Source of the DNA: an uncultured delta proteobacterium
GTDB taxonomy: Bacteria > Desulfobacterota > RBG-13-43-22
Length of the DNA: 64,000 nt
Direction: 5' to 3'
NCBI GenBank assembly: GCA_963711835.1
Contig: CAVQFQ010000015.1
Location: 32,001-96,000 of the forward strand
Shown here: positions 38,591-49,112 of the stretch, in pieces
Layout of the letters: each line of letters opens with the position of its first letter
How positions within the stretch are numbered: position 1 is the stretch's first letter
Notes under the pieces: generated by a model
The model's input: the letters and a program-made list of their open reading frames with translations, nothing else
Databases searched by the model: none
Told to the model about the DNA's origin: nothing
Made by a program: the position numbers and the translations under genes

Positions 38591-39475
38591 ATGAAACTTC
38601 AGGGAATTATGCCACCCATCACCACCCCTTTCCATGGAGAAGCGGTGGCCTATGACAAGCTGAAAGAGAACTTCCAGTTATGGAACCGGACCAAACTCTC
38701 CGGCTACCTCGTCCTGGGATCGAACGGGGAGGCTGTCTATCTTACGGAAGATGAAAAGATGAAGGTAATCGAGGTTTCCCGCGCGGCCATCCCGAGGGGA
38801 AAGATCATGCTGGTAGGTACCGGTCTGGAGTCTACGTCTGAGACCATCCGTTTCACCAATGAAGCGGCCCGTCTCGGCGCCGACCTGGCCCTGGTGGTGA
38901 CGCCTGCCTATTTCAAGGGTTCCATGACGCCGCAGGTCCTCTATGCCCATTTCGCAGCGGTGGCCGAGGCTTCCCGTATCCCCGTTCTCCTTTACAACGT
39001 GCCCCAATTTACGGGGATCAACATGGAGCCGCCCCTGGTTGCCAGGCTGTCTCAGCACCCGAACATCATCGGCATCAAAGACAGCTCGGGCAATATCGAT
39101 CAGCTCAGCCAGATTATCCACCAGTCGACCAGAGACTTTAACGTTTTCGTAGGCTCCGCTCCGGTGCTTTTCCCAGCCCTGTGTGTGGGTGCCGTCGGTG
39201 GAATCCTGGCGGTCGCCAACCTTCTCCCCCAATTGTGCACCGGTATCATAGATCTTTATAATGAGGGGAAGAACACCGAGGCCAGGGAGCTTCAGAACCG
39301 CCTCACGCCCATGGCCAAGGCCGTGACTGCTGCCTACGGCATAAGCGGGCTGAAGGCGGCCATGGACATGGTCGGCTATTTCGGCGGCGAGCCGAGGGCG
39401 CCCCTGAAAAAAGCAGCTCCTGATATTGAGAACGCCTTGAAAGGTCTTCTGGAAGAGCTGAAGGACATTCTCTAA
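38591..39475 (+). CDS. DapA-family aldolase (HOGA-like)
   Basis: GSNGE, LYNVP, GIKDS. Confidence 0.9.
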   Translation: MKLQGIMPPITTPFHGEAVAYDKLKENFQLWNRTKLSGYLVLGSNGEAVYLTEDEKMKVIEVSRAAIPRGKIMLVGTGLESTSETIRFTNEAARLGADLALVVTPAYFKGSMTPQVLYAHFAAVAEASRIPVLLYNVPQFTGINMEPPLVARLSQHPNIIGIKDSSGNIDQLSQIIHQSTRDFNVFVGSAPVLFPALCVGAVGGILAVANLLPQLCTGIIDLYNEGKNTEARELQNRLTPMAKAVTAAYGISGLKAAMDMVGYFGGEPRAPLKKAAPDIENALKGLLEELKDIL

Positions 39476-39618
39476 CCGGTAATTATCAGATCGGGGTTAG
39501 GCAGGGAACCTATATCCTTGCCTGACCTCATTTTTTTCACCCGGTCTTATCCTTAAAAATCATTGATGACCCATGATGACCTGACCCCAACTTATACAAA
39601 TCCTTATTCCCGGGAGCC

Positions 39619-40650
39619 TTACCGGCCGGCCAGGAATTGGCCGGCCAATTCCCGGGCGATCAGGGGGGCGCTGCCGCCGGAGCGGTTGTTGATGATGACG
39701 TTCATCTGAATCCCTTCGGCAATGCCTTTCCACATCAATTTTACCGTATCGGCGATCATCCGAGGCTGAAGCAGGCCGGGCACCAGTTTGTCAAAGGGAT
39801 GGGCCTTGGCATAGGCCTCTTCATAGCGCAGGCCGATGGGCGTCATCAAACGGATGACCGCCTGGCCTCCGGCATTAAAAAACCTCCGCCCGGATTTATC
39901 AAACTGCTTATCGAGCGGCGGCAGCCAGGTCCAGTGGGACAACACCTGCCCCAGGCCGTGCCTTCTCATCAGGCTGAAAACCGGCAGGCTCAGGTAGGCT
40001 TCGGTACGCAGCTCCAGATGGTAACGGTCATCCGCGGGTATGGATTCAAAAAATTGGGCTAAAGAAGCGGCCAGTTCATCAATAGGAATCCTCTCCTGAC
40101 GGCGATGGTATTCCTGTTCAAAGATGAATCCCCTTATCTTCGGCCCTAATATCTCCCGGGCCGGTTGATAGAACCGGCGGGTAAAGAGTTCCGGATTTAA
40201 GTAGTTTTCATTAAGCCCATACTGAGCCCCCTGATGGACCTTTCGGGCTGTAATGAGTTGCGGGACCTTGAGGAACAGGGAGTCCTTTTCTTTTAAATGG
40301 CTGCCGTACTTCTTGAGGAGAAAATAGTTTTGAGTCGGTTTTTCATTCTCATCCAGCAGGAGTTGATAAAAAGTAAAATCAATCTCCAGAATGGAAAAAT
40401 GTTCGAAGTACTCCTCCAGGCTGTCGACCGGCAGGGTTTCTTCGACAAAGGCTTTATCTTTGAAGCTCTTGGAACGCTTGGATAGGCGGTTTTGATAGCG
40501 CTCCGGGGCATAGATCTGCCCGATCCAGCCCGCATAGCGGTCACTGGCCGTCCCCAGTAGGACCTGAGGATGCAACTCCCGGAACCTGAAAGCCGTAAGG
40601 TTCTCCAGGCCCCGGCGACTCCCGCCCTGCCTGTTTTGACGCCCATCCAT
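39619..40650 (-). CDS. DUF72-family protein
   Basis: GTASDRYAGW, EIDFTFY, LKVPQ, ELRT, INN. Confidence 0.85.
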   Translation of the reverse strand: MDGRQNRQGGSRRGLENLTAFRFRELHPQVLLGTASDRYAGWIGQIYAPERYQNRLSKRSKSFKDKAFVEETLPVDSLEEYFEHFSILEIDFTFYQLLLDENEKPTQNYFLLKKYGSHLKEKDSLFLKVPQLITARKVHQGAQYGLNENYLNPELFTRRFYQPAREILGPKIRGFIFEQEYHRRQERIPIDELAASLAQFFESIPADDRYHLELRTEAYLSLPVFSLMRRHGLGQVLSHWTWLPPLDKQFDKSGRRFFNAGGQAVIRLMTPIGLRYEEAYAKAHPFDKLVPGLLQPRMIADTVKLMWKGIAEGIQMNVIINNRSGGSAPLIARELAGQFLAGR

Positions 40651-40677
40651 TCCGGATGCCTTTTATTTTTGGAGATA

Positions 40678-40961
40678 GTCCCAAAGTTACGTGATTCTCA
40701 AACCGAAGGGTTTCAGGGGTCTTGATTTCAAGGATTGTCCGCCAAAACGCCAGCAGCCTGACCCGGGCAGGAAGATTATCAGTAGACTTAGAAGCAGGCC
40801 AACACCAAAGCTATTTATCGTCTTGGGTGAATGCCCGGCTCCCAACCAACTTAGACATTCGGGCCGGGTTGGGGCTATGGATACCCTTTCGGACAACCTT
40901 GAAATCAAAACCCCTGAAACCCTCTAAAAATGGAGTGTTTAACATCACGTAACCTTGGGAC
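40678..40961 (+). mobile_element. MITE with nested inverted repeats (same family as 37132-37453)
   Basis: GTCCCAAAGTTACGTGAT ... ATCACGTAACCTTGGGAC; inner AGGGTTTCAGGGGTCTTGATTTCAAGG arms. Confidence 0.88.
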
Positions 40962-41036
40962 AAACTTTATTTTTGGTTCTTTTCCGACAAGTTGTAAGAA
41001 AACCCAAGGGGTCGGGTTCGCTTCGGATAAAGGTCT

Positions 41037-42968
41037 TCAACTGCCGGCGAGCTGAAGCGTTTGCTCCCCTTTATTCTTTTTCCTGAAGTTCAGATAATTG
41101 ATCCCATGCACGACAATTATTATGGCCACTCCGATCAGGCTGGAAATCAGTTCGGGAAAGGCCGTCAGGAGCCCGCCGAGGATGAACAAAGCCGACGAAA
41201 TCAGATTAATATCCCCAACGCCCCAGAGATACCGCTCCAGCGCCGACCCCAGGTAAAAGACGCCGATAACGGCAAAGGAAACCGCCAGAAAGACCTCGGA
41301 CCCGGTCCCATGAGTGAGCAGAGCCGGATTATAGGCGAAGAAAAAAGGGACGATATATTTGATGGCCCCCAGCCGCATGGCCGTCCAGCCGGTCTGCATA
41401 AAGTTGGAGCCGGCCAATCCGGCGGCCGCACTGACACAGAGCGCTACCGGCGGCGTAATCTCGGACAGGACCCCCCAATAAAAGACAAACAGATGGGCCG
41501 CCAGAGGGTCGATGCCCAGGGTGATCAGGGCCGGAGCCATGACAATGGCCAGGAAGACATAGCAGGCCGTGATGGTCATCCCCAGGCCCAAAACAAAACT
41601 GGAAAAGGCCCCGGTCAGGAGGATCAAAAAGGTATTGTCTCCGACCGCCCCTACCAGCTCCGAAGAAAAGGCCAGGGCCACCCCGGTCACCGAAAGCCCG
41701 CCGATAATCAAGCCGGCGCCGGCCAGGATGCCCACCAACTGGGCTGTTACCCGGCCGATATCGGCGATCAGTTCAAGAAATTTCTTCCAGTTCAGCCGGG
41801 TATCTTTTCTGATCATGGCCAACAGGACCAGGACGCCGCTGGCATAATAGGGGGCCTTTCCCTCCCAGTTCATGTAAAGCAGCAAATAGATCAATAAAAG
41901 GATATCCAGGATATAAAACCAGCCGTCTTTCAAGGTCTTCCAGAAGGAGGGCAGTTCACTTTTAGGCAGTCCCTTTAACTTGGCCTTGGCGGCATATCCG
42001 TCCACCTGGACAAAAAGGCCTAAGTAGTAAAGGCAGGCCGGGACAAGAGCCCCGATGGCCACATAGGAATAAGGCACATTGAGAAAATAGGCCATGATGA
42101 AGGCCCCGGCCCCCATAACCGGCGGCATGATCGGGCCGCCGGTGGAGGCGCAGGCCTCAATGGCTGCGGCATAATGGGCCGGAAAGCCCGTACTCTTCAT
42201 GGCCGGGATGGTCATCGCGCCAATGGTCAGGGTATTGGAGGTGGTGCTGCCGCTGATCATGCCGAAAAAGCCGCTGGCCAGGATGCTGATCTTGGCCGCC
42301 CCGCCGCGGGTATGGCCTAAGAGCGATTGGGCCAACTGAAAGAAAAAATTCCCCCCGCCTGTAGCCTGCAGGACTATGCCGAAGACCATGAACCCGATCA
42401 GCAGGGAGCAGACCACGTCGATCGGGATGCCGATGATACCGTTCCGGCCCATGGTGTAGAGCCGGGCCGTGGTCAGGAAATCATAGGATTGGCCCTGCAT
42501 AAAACCGGGCATATAGATGGCAAAAAGAGGATATAGGGAAAGGACCAGACAGGTGATGAGCATGTAAATATCCGTAGATCTCCGCACCGCTTCCATGACT
42601 AAGAACCACATCAACACGCTGAAAAGGGTCGGTAGGGTCGGGGCATCAAATTCCCAACCCAGTTGGATGATATCCATTCCATGAAGGCCGAAATAAATTC
42701 CTGTGACCACGGTCACAACAAAGAGCAGGGCATCATACCAGGGAACCCGGTCCCGGGGAGCCGTCTTCCCCGCCGGAAAAAGGATAAAGACGGACGACAA
42801 ATAAACCGCCAGGATCAAATAAAAATACGAGGTTTCCAGGAGAGTGATCCCGAACAGACTCAGATTGAATAATTGATTGATGGCCAGCAAGATGCCGGCC
42901 GCTGCGAAAAGGGTAAATATTACATTCCAGATCTTGCCCTGCTTTTGAAACCTTTGTATCGCTGCCAT
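41037..42968 (-). CDS. TRAP transporter 4TM/12TM fused permease
   Basis: GGAAK, ASTGGPIMPPVMGAGAF, TPPVAL. Confidence 0.92.
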   Translation of the reverse strand: MAAIQRFQKQGKIWNVIFTLFAAAGILLAINQLFNLSLFGITLLETSYFYLILAVYLSSVFILFPAGKTAPRDRVPWYDALLFVVTVVTGIYFGLHGMDIIQLGWEFDAPTLPTLFSVLMWFLVMEAVRRSTDIYMLITCLVLSLYPLFAIYMPGFMQGQSYDFLTTARLYTMGRNGIIGIPIDVVCSLLIGFMVFGIVLQATGGGNFFFQLAQSLLGHTRGGAAKISILASGFFGMISGSTTSNTLTIGAMTIPAMKSTGFPAHYAAAIEACASTGGPIMPPVMGAGAFIMAYFLNVPYSYVAIGALVPACLYYLGLFVQVDGYAAKAKLKGLPKSELPSFWKTLKDGWFYILDILLLIYLLLYMNWEGKAPYYASGVLVLLAMIRKDTRLNWKKFLELIADIGRVTAQLVGILAGAGLIIGGLSVTGVALAFSSELVGAVGDNTFLILLTGAFSSFVLGLGMTITACYVFLAIVMAPALITLGIDPLAAHLFVFYWGVLSEITPPVALCVSAAAGLAGSNFMQTGWTAMRLGAIKYIVPFFFAYNPALLTHGTGSEVFLAVSFAVIGVFYLGSALERYLWGVGDINLISSALFILGGLLTAFPELISSLIGVAIIIVVHGINYLNFRKKNKGEQTLQLAGS

Positions 42969-43053
42969 GTTTTGGTTATCTCGCTTCCTAAAGTTAAATC
43001 ACCCGATCTCCGACAGAGCCGGGGGTTTGATGGTTCGCAAACAAAAAACAGCG

Positions 43054-43131
43054 ACCCCCCATCCCACCCTTCCCCCACGTAGGGGGGAAGGGGTAACTTC
43101 CCCCTTTGAAAGGGGGGGTTGAGAGGGATTT
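43054..43131. repeat. CCCCC/GGGGG hairpin repeat
   Basis: CCCTTCCCCC..GGGGGGAAGGG and CCCCCTTTGAAAGGGGG; related copy at 56890-56975. Confidence 0.6.
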
Positions 43132-43144
43132 GTTGTCACGAAAT

Positions 43145-44299
43145 CTACTCCCCGACCAGCTCACTTTTCATTTTCAGCCAGAAGGCGGGGAATTCCTTCT
43201 CGGGGATCTTTTTCTCCGAAGCTTCCTCTATGGCCTTGCCCCAGGCCTGCTGGATTTTTTTCGACCGGGCGAGTATTTTTTTATTCCACTGCTCATCCTC
43301 CGCCTTCCAAATCCCTTTTTCTTTCAGGTAGCGGATGGCCCCTTCGTGGAAAGGCGCTCCGGCCGGGGTTTTTCCGGCCTTGGCCAGGGCCCAGTCCGAC
43401 ATAACGGGATCGGCGTCCTTATACAGTCCGAAGGTCTCATCCAGGGCCTTGACCAGGGCATAGACTTCGTCGGCGCTGGTCTTAGCGTAGGTTACGATCT
43501 GAGGGTAGTTATAAGCCGGCAATTCCCGGGGCTGTCCTTTCTTCAAACCGGCGCCGCGGTCATCTTTCCCTGGAAAGGTCCAGGGCGCGATTTTTCTGAT
43601 GCGGGCCCAACCCTCTTTATCGGAAGCCGGAAATTCGGGCCAGTAAATCCCCCGTTGGGAGGCTTCCAGTTCATACATGATCGAGGCCGTTGGGATGCCG
43701 ATGGCCGCATCCACCTTGTCTTCGATCAGCCCCTTCAAGGCGGCGGCATAGCTGGGCATTTCCACCTTCTGGACGTCTTTCCAGGTCAATCCGGCAAAGG
43801 CCAAAAAGGCCTCGGCCTTGACATACAGGGTCGGAGAGCCGATGACCCAGGCCACCCTCTTTCCCTTGAAATCGGCCGGGGTTTTGATTTCGGCCTTGGC
43901 AGCGGTCGCCAGGCTGATGACCGAAGGATGCTGGATGATCACCCGCAGGTCTTGTGGTCCCCAGATATAACTGGCAAACTCATAAGTCCCTTCCAGGGCG
44001 AAAAAGGTTTCGTCGGCCAGAAATCCATATTTGGCCGCCCCGGTCTTTAGCGGCGTCAGACGGCCCACAGACGTCCCCGAAGGGAGGATCCTGATTTTGA
44101 CATCGAATTGTTTTTTGAGGGCATTGGCCATCGCCCCGGCCTGAATAAACCCCCCCGAACCAACATCGTAGGAACTCCAGACGATCATCCCCGGCAGCTT
44201 GGCCGGTTTGGCCGGGGCAGCGCTGGCCGGCCCCGCGGTAAGACCTGTAAGCAGTAAACAAAGAAGCAATCCTCGAATACACGTGTTGAAAATTTTCAT
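43145..44299 (-). CDS. TAXI-family TRAP solute receptor
   Basis: Signal peptide, PFHEGAIRYLKE. Confidence 0.9.
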   Translation of the reverse strand: MKIFNTCIRGLLLCLLLTGLTAGPASAAPAKPAKLPGMIVWSSYDVGSGGFIQAGAMANALKKQFDVKIRILPSGTSVGRLTPLKTGAAKYGFLADETFFALEGTYEFASYIWGPQDLRVIIQHPSVISLATAAKAEIKTPADFKGKRVAWVIGSPTLYVKAEAFLAFAGLTWKDVQKVEMPSYAAALKGLIEDKVDAAIGIPTASIMYELEASQRGIYWPEFPASDKEGWARIRKIAPWTFPGKDDRGAGLKKGQPRELPAYNYPQIVTYAKTSADEVYALVKALDETFGLYKDADPVMSDWALAKAGKTPAGAPFHEGAIRYLKEKGIWKAEDEQWNKKILARSKKIQQAWGKAIEEASEKKIPEKEFPAFWLKMKSELVGE

Positions 44300-44568
44300 G
44301 CCTTACACCTCCGACGCAAGATATTTAAAAGATTTATGTTTAGGTTTAATCTCCGGCTCTCAGGCCGCAAAAAGGGCTATCCCTGATTAGGATGTACTGA
44401 ACCTCACCACCTTTCTTTTCCGGATTACAGACGCCTCGGGATCAAACGGCTTCCTGACCGATAGGCGGCACAACCTTGAAATTTTGCCCCCTGAAGTCCT
44501 TTGGGGTGATTTAAGATTTTAAGAGGCTTCCCCTTCGGTTTGAGAATCACATAACTTTGAAACTATCC

Positions 44569-45720
44569 CTATTTTAAAAGCTCCCGGGCTATAATCAATT
44601 TTTGGATTTCGGAGGTACCGCCGCCTATCTCCAACATTTTGGCGTCCCTCAGATAGCGCTCCACCGGATATTCCCGCATATACCCATAACCGCCAAAAAT
44701 CTGAATAGCCTTCAGCCCGGCCTGAACGCTCATTTCCGAGGCACAATATTTTGCCATAGCGGCTTCCTTGGTCAATTTAACCCCTTGGTCCACCAGAGGA
44801 CATAAGGCATAGGTAAACTGGCGCACCAGATCCAAACGGGCGGCCATCTCGGCCAGCATGTCCTGGACTAATTGAAAAGAAGCAATCGCTTTCCCGAACT
44901 GGACCCGCTCCTTGGCATATTTAATGGAAGCCTCCAGGCAGGCCTGGGCGATCCCGATCCCCGTAGAAGCCCCCAGGATCCGCTCCTCATCCAGCACCTC
45001 AAAAAGAAGCTGGAAACCTTCTCCTTCCCGGCCTACAATCTGGGTCTTTGGAACCGAGGCATTATCCAAAAATACCTCGCCGGTGGGCGAACAGCGCATC
45101 CCCATCTTCTTGAACGGCTTTCCCGTAGAAAGGCCCTTCATCCCCTTTTCCAGGATGAACAGGGAGCCCCCTCGGGCGCCCCGGCTGCCCTGTTTGCGGG
45201 CCAGGAGAATAAAATAATCGGCGATCGGGGCATTGGTGATAAAGGTTTTGGAGCCGTTAAGCAGGCGATAGTCCCCTTCCTGGCGATAATTGGTTTTCAA
45301 AGAAAGGGCATCCGACCCGGCCTCCGGTTCGGTCAGGCAGAAGGCCGCCAGCGCATCGCCCCGGATAACCGGAGGGATGTAGCGCCTTTTCTGGTCCTCG
45401 GTCCCGTACTTGGAAATAAAATAACAAAAATTGGTGGTGCACATATTGACCGACATACCGAAACCGGCCGCCACTCGGCAAAACTCCTCCTTAATTAGGG
45501 CATTGGTCAGGAGATCGGCCCCGCCTCCCCCGTACTCGGCCGGAATGGTCGAACCGATCAGCCCCTGTTCTCCGGCCTTTTTAAAGACTTCGATCGGGAA
45601 CCTTTCCTCTTCGTCGATTTCATGGGCAATCGGCCCCAATTCGTTTTCAGCGAATTTCCGGGCCGTTTCCCGGACCATGCGGTGTTCGTCGGAAAGCAGC
45701 CTGTCCAGCAGTATTTTCAT
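44569..45720 (-). CDS. Acyl-CoA dehydrogenase
   Basis: LTEPEAGSD, GSKTFITN, FGGYGYMREYPVER, IGGGTSEIQ. Confidence 0.95.
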   Translation of the reverse strand: MKILLDRLLSDEHRMVRETARKFAENELGPIAHEIDEEERFPIEVFKKAGEQGLIGSTIPAEYGGGGADLLTNALIKEEFCRVAAGFGMSVNMCTTNFCYFISKYGTEDQKRRYIPPVIRGDALAAFCLTEPEAGSDALSLKTNYRQEGDYRLLNGSKTFITNAPIADYFILLARKQGSRGARGGSLFILEKGMKGLSTGKPFKKMGMRCSPTGEVFLDNASVPKTQIVGREGEGFQLLFEVLDEERILGASTGIGIAQACLEASIKYAKERVQFGKAIASFQLVQDMLAEMAARLDLVRQFTYALCPLVDQGVKLTKEAAMAKYCASEMSVQAGLKAIQIFGGYGYMREYPVERYLRDAKMLEIGGGTSEIQKLIIARELLK

Positions 45721-45830
45721 GTTGAATGGTTTCCTTTTTTATCTGTGTGAGTCTTCGTCAACTTATTATTTTATTCCCGGGCCGCCGTTCCCGTCAAAGA
45801 CTTTTTTGGTCTTTATTTTCCCCGAAGGGC

Positions 45831-47027
45831 TTAGCTGAAAATTCCTTCCCGGACCATGGTCAGGTAGTCTTCCTCGGAATAACCCAATCCAAGAATGATC
45901 TCCCGGGTGTGCGTTCCCGAAGGAACTCCGACCAAGGGGCGTTCCTGCCCGGTCTGCGAGAATTTAATGGGATTGGCCATCTGTTTGATCTTCCCACCCT
46001 CCGGAAGATCCAGGTCAATGACCATCCGGCGGGCCTGGGCCAGTTCGCTGTTCAAGGCTTCCCCAAGACCGAGCACCGGTTCCACACAGGCATCCGCCTC
46101 CTGGAAGAGTTCGGCCCACTCGTCTCTGGTCTTAGATTTAAAAAGGTCGCGGATTTCCGACTTGACCCGCTGGACATCCTTCGGCCCGATACCGCCGGAT
46201 ACCAGATCAGGCCGGTTGATCTTTTCACAAAAGGCTTTGAAAAACTGGGGTTCCAATCCTCCCAGACTCATATAGTGGCCGTCTTTCGTTTCATAAAAAT
46301 CATAGAGGGATCCCCCGTTCAGGCGTTCCCCTCCCCGAGCCGGCTCCTTCCCGTCCAGGAGAAAGGAGGTCCCGTGGAGGACGTTAAAGGCCATCACGCC
46401 GTCGGTCATGGAGATATCGATCTGCTGTCCGGCCCCGGTTTCCCTTCGGTTGATAACGGCCGCCAGTATCCCGATTACGGCATTGAGCGAACCGGCGGCC
46501 AGATCCGCGATCTGCATCCCCATCAAGGACGGTCCCGTGTCTTTCCGGCCCGAATAAGACAACAATCCGGAGAGGGAAAGATAGTTGATGTCATGGCCGG
46601 CTCTCCGGCTCAGGGGTCCGGATTGCCCATAGCCGGTCAGCGCGCAATAAATGACGGCCGGATTCACTTGTTTCAGGCTTTCATAATCCAACCCGAATTT
46701 GGCCATGACCCCCGGCCGGTACTGTTCAATGACAATATCGTAATCCGCAACCAGCCGGTGAATAATTTCCACGGCCCGGGGGGTCTTCAGATTTAAATGC
46801 AGGGTCTGTTTGCCGCGTCCGAGATAGGCCGAAAAAGCCGAAAGCTTTGTGCCGGGAACAATAGGGGGCCTTTCTTCCAGCGGGTCCGGTCTTGATCCTG
46901 AAGAGACGCGCAAAACCTGCGCTCCCATATCGGCGAGGTACAGGGTAGCATAGGGACCCGGCAGGAGCGAGGTAAAATCCAAAATCTTTAATCCCCTCAG
47001 CGGTCCCCGTTTCGATTCGTCAGGCAT
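45831..47027 (-). CDS. CaiB/BaiF family III CoA-transferase (AMACR-like)
   Basis: LPGPYA, RPGVMAK, GYGQSGP, GHDINY. Confidence 0.93.
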   Translation of the reverse strand: MPDESKRGPLRGLKILDFTSLLPGPYATLYLADMGAQVLRVSSGSRPDPLEERPPIVPGTKLSAFSAYLGRGKQTLHLNLKTPRAVEIIHRLVADYDIVIEQYRPGVMAKFGLDYESLKQVNPAVIYCALTGYGQSGPLSRRAGHDINYLSLSGLLSYSGRKDTGPSLMGMQIADLAAGSLNAVIGILAAVINRRETGAGQQIDISMTDGVMAFNVLHGTSFLLDGKEPARGGERLNGGSLYDFYETKDGHYMSLGGLEPQFFKAFCEKINRPDLVSGGIGPKDVQRVKSEIRDLFKSKTRDEWAELFQEADACVEPVLGLGEALNSELAQARRMVIDLDLPEGGKIKQMANPIKFSQTGQERPLVGVPSGTHTREIILGLGYSEEDYLTMVREGIFS

Positions 47028-47028
47028 A

Positions 47029-47490
47029 CTATTTCCTTTCAGGCACCCCTTTTTTCCTGGCCATGAGCGTTGTGGTGCTGCCTGTCTGAACCTTCTCTCC
47101 CTTTTGATTGATCAGTTCTTTTTCAAAAATCAGGATCCCCCGATCCGGTTTGGAGGTCTCCCGCATCTCTTTGACCCGCTGAACCACATGGATGGTATCC
47201 CCGATACGGATGGGCAAATGGAAATTCCAGGTCATGTTCATAAAGGCGATGATGGTGCCTTCCATGATCCCCAGCATCTGGGAAAGTCCGGAGTGGATGA
47301 CAATCCCCAGCATCCCGTGGGCAATCCGCTCCCCAAAGGGGGTCTTCCTGGCGTATTCCAGATCGGTATGGAGCTGATTGGTATCCCAGGACAAGGCGGC
47401 AAAATTGACCACATCGGCTTCGGTAACCGTTCTGGCCTTGGTCACAAATTCCTGGCCTACCTGGAAGTCGTCAAAATACATAGCCGGCAT
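47029..47490 (-). CDS. MaoC-family dehydratase
   Basis: DTNQLH, RIAHGM. Confidence 0.9.
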   Translation of the reverse strand: MPAMYFDDFQVGQEFVTKARTVTEADVVNFAALSWDTNQLHTDLEYARKTPFGERIAHGMLGIVIHSGLSQMLGIMEGTIIAFMNMTWNFHLPIRIGDTIHVVQRVKEMRETSKPDRGILIFEKELINQKGEKVQTGSTTTLMARKKGVPERK

Positions 47491-47522
47491 AGTTTCATCC
47501 TATAGGTTAAATTAATCCCTCT

Positions 47523-49070
47523 CTATTTGTCCTTTTCGGCCTTCCCATATTTTTCCCGCAAGACCCGCTTCAACACCTTGCCGCCGAAGGTCCCTTTGGG
47601 CAGCTCCTCGACAAATAGGACTGAGGTCGGCTTCTTGTGGCTGGCCAGGTGACCGCGGCAATGGTCGATGACCTCTTCTTCGGTCAATTGAACTCCCTTT
47701 TTCGGCACAATAATGGCCCGAATGGATTCCCCCCATTTGGGATGAGGCACGCCGATAACGACCCCCTCGGCGATGCCGGGGTGGAGAGAAAGCGCCTCTT
47801 CGATATCCTTTGAATACACATTGAGTCCGCCGGTCTTGATCATGTCCTTCAGGCGGTCCACCATATAGAGGTATCCCAGGTCATCGTACTTGCCCAGGTC
47901 GCCGGTATGCAGCCAGCCGCCTCGAAGGGTCCAGGCCGTTTCTTCCGGATGTTTGTAATACCCCTTAAAAACAGTCGGCCCGCGAACGATGATCTCCCCC
48001 ACCTCCCCGACCGGCAGGTCCCGGTCGGCTTCATCGACGATGCGCACCTCGGTACAGATATAAGGCCGCCCGATACTGCCCCATTCCCGCGGGGTGTCCC
48101 AGGGTTTGAGAACCGTAACGGCCGGAGAGGCCTCGGTCAGGGCATAGGAACCGTACAGCTCCCCTTGAGGCCAGAGAACCCTTTCCACTTCTTCCTTAAG
48201 GTCCTGATGCAAAAATCCCTGGCTGCACAACCAGCGTTTCATGGAGGAGGTATCCCGGGGACGCTTCTTCTGGGCCTCCAGGAGCATCCTAAAGATGGTC
48301 GGGTTGGCGGTAATAAAGGTGGTTCTTTCCCGTTCCACCACGTCCAGATAGCGGTCCGGGTCGAAGCCCTTGCTGCCGATAAAGGTTCCCCCGGCCCACA
48401 TATAGGCTAAGAAACGACTCAGGGCCGCAGTATGGTACATCTGCATAGGATAATAGATCTTGTCTTCCGGCATGGGGCTCTGGTTTTCCATGGAAACGCA
48501 GATGTTGTTCCAGACCAGCCCCTTATGGGTCAGAATGGCCCCCTTGGGAGTCCCGGTAGTCCCGCCGGTAAATATGATAAAGGCCTCATCCTCCTCCGCC
48601 AGGTCAACCAGGGGCTCTTGTTCGGTGCTCTTCTGGAGAAGCGCTTCATAACTCTGGGCGAATTTGGGGACTTTTTCCCCCATACAGATAAATTGTCGGA
48701 TCTGAGGCAGCCTGGATCGGATCTCTTCGGCTTTACCCGAAAACTCCTCGTTAAAAATGAGTATCTCAGAATCCGTAAAATCCGCCTGGTAGCAGATTTC
48801 CTCCAAGGTTCCCCTTGAATTCAAGGGAGTGGTTACTACTCCCACTTTTAGGTGGGCCAGATAGACCTCCATTAAGGATAGGCAATTATTGGCCAAAGTG
48901 GCTACGTGCCGTCCCTTGGTACTTCTCATTCCAAGCAAGGCCTGGGCCCAGCGATTCACTCGCCGGTTGAGCTGGTCATAGGTCAGGCCCTTTTCATCAT
49001 CCATGCAGGCTATTTTGTTGGGAAACCTTCTGGCCGACCGGGCGAAGGCTTCGCCAAGAGTCATTTCCAT
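47523..49070 (-). CDS. Acyl-CoA synthetase
   Basis: FTGGTTGTPKG, YALTE, GWLHTGD. Confidence 0.93.
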   Translation of the reverse strand: MEMTLGEAFARSARRFPNKIACMDDEKGLTYDQLNRRVNRWAQALLGMRSTKGRHVATLANNCLSLMEVYLAHLKVGVVTTPLNSRGTLEEICYQADFTDSEILIFNEEFSGKAEEIRSRLPQIRQFICMGEKVPKFAQSYEALLQKSTEQEPLVDLAEEDEAFIIFTGGTTGTPKGAILTHKGLVWNNICVSMENQSPMPEDKIYYPMQMYHTAALSRFLAYMWAGGTFIGSKGFDPDRYLDVVERERTTFITANPTIFRMLLEAQKKRPRDTSSMKRWLCSQGFLHQDLKEEVERVLWPQGELYGSYALTEASPAVTVLKPWDTPREWGSIGRPYICTEVRIVDEADRDLPVGEVGEIIVRGPTVFKGYYKHPEETAWTLRGGWLHTGDLGKYDDLGYLYMVDRLKDMIKTGGLNVYSKDIEEALSLHPGIAEGVVIGVPHPKWGESIRAIIVPKKGVQLTEEEVIDHCRGHLASHKKPTSVLFVEELPKGTFGGKVLKRVLREKYGKAEKDK

Positions 49071-49112
49071 GACAACATCTCCTCTTACGCTATCAGCTAT
49101 CTGTTTAACGAT

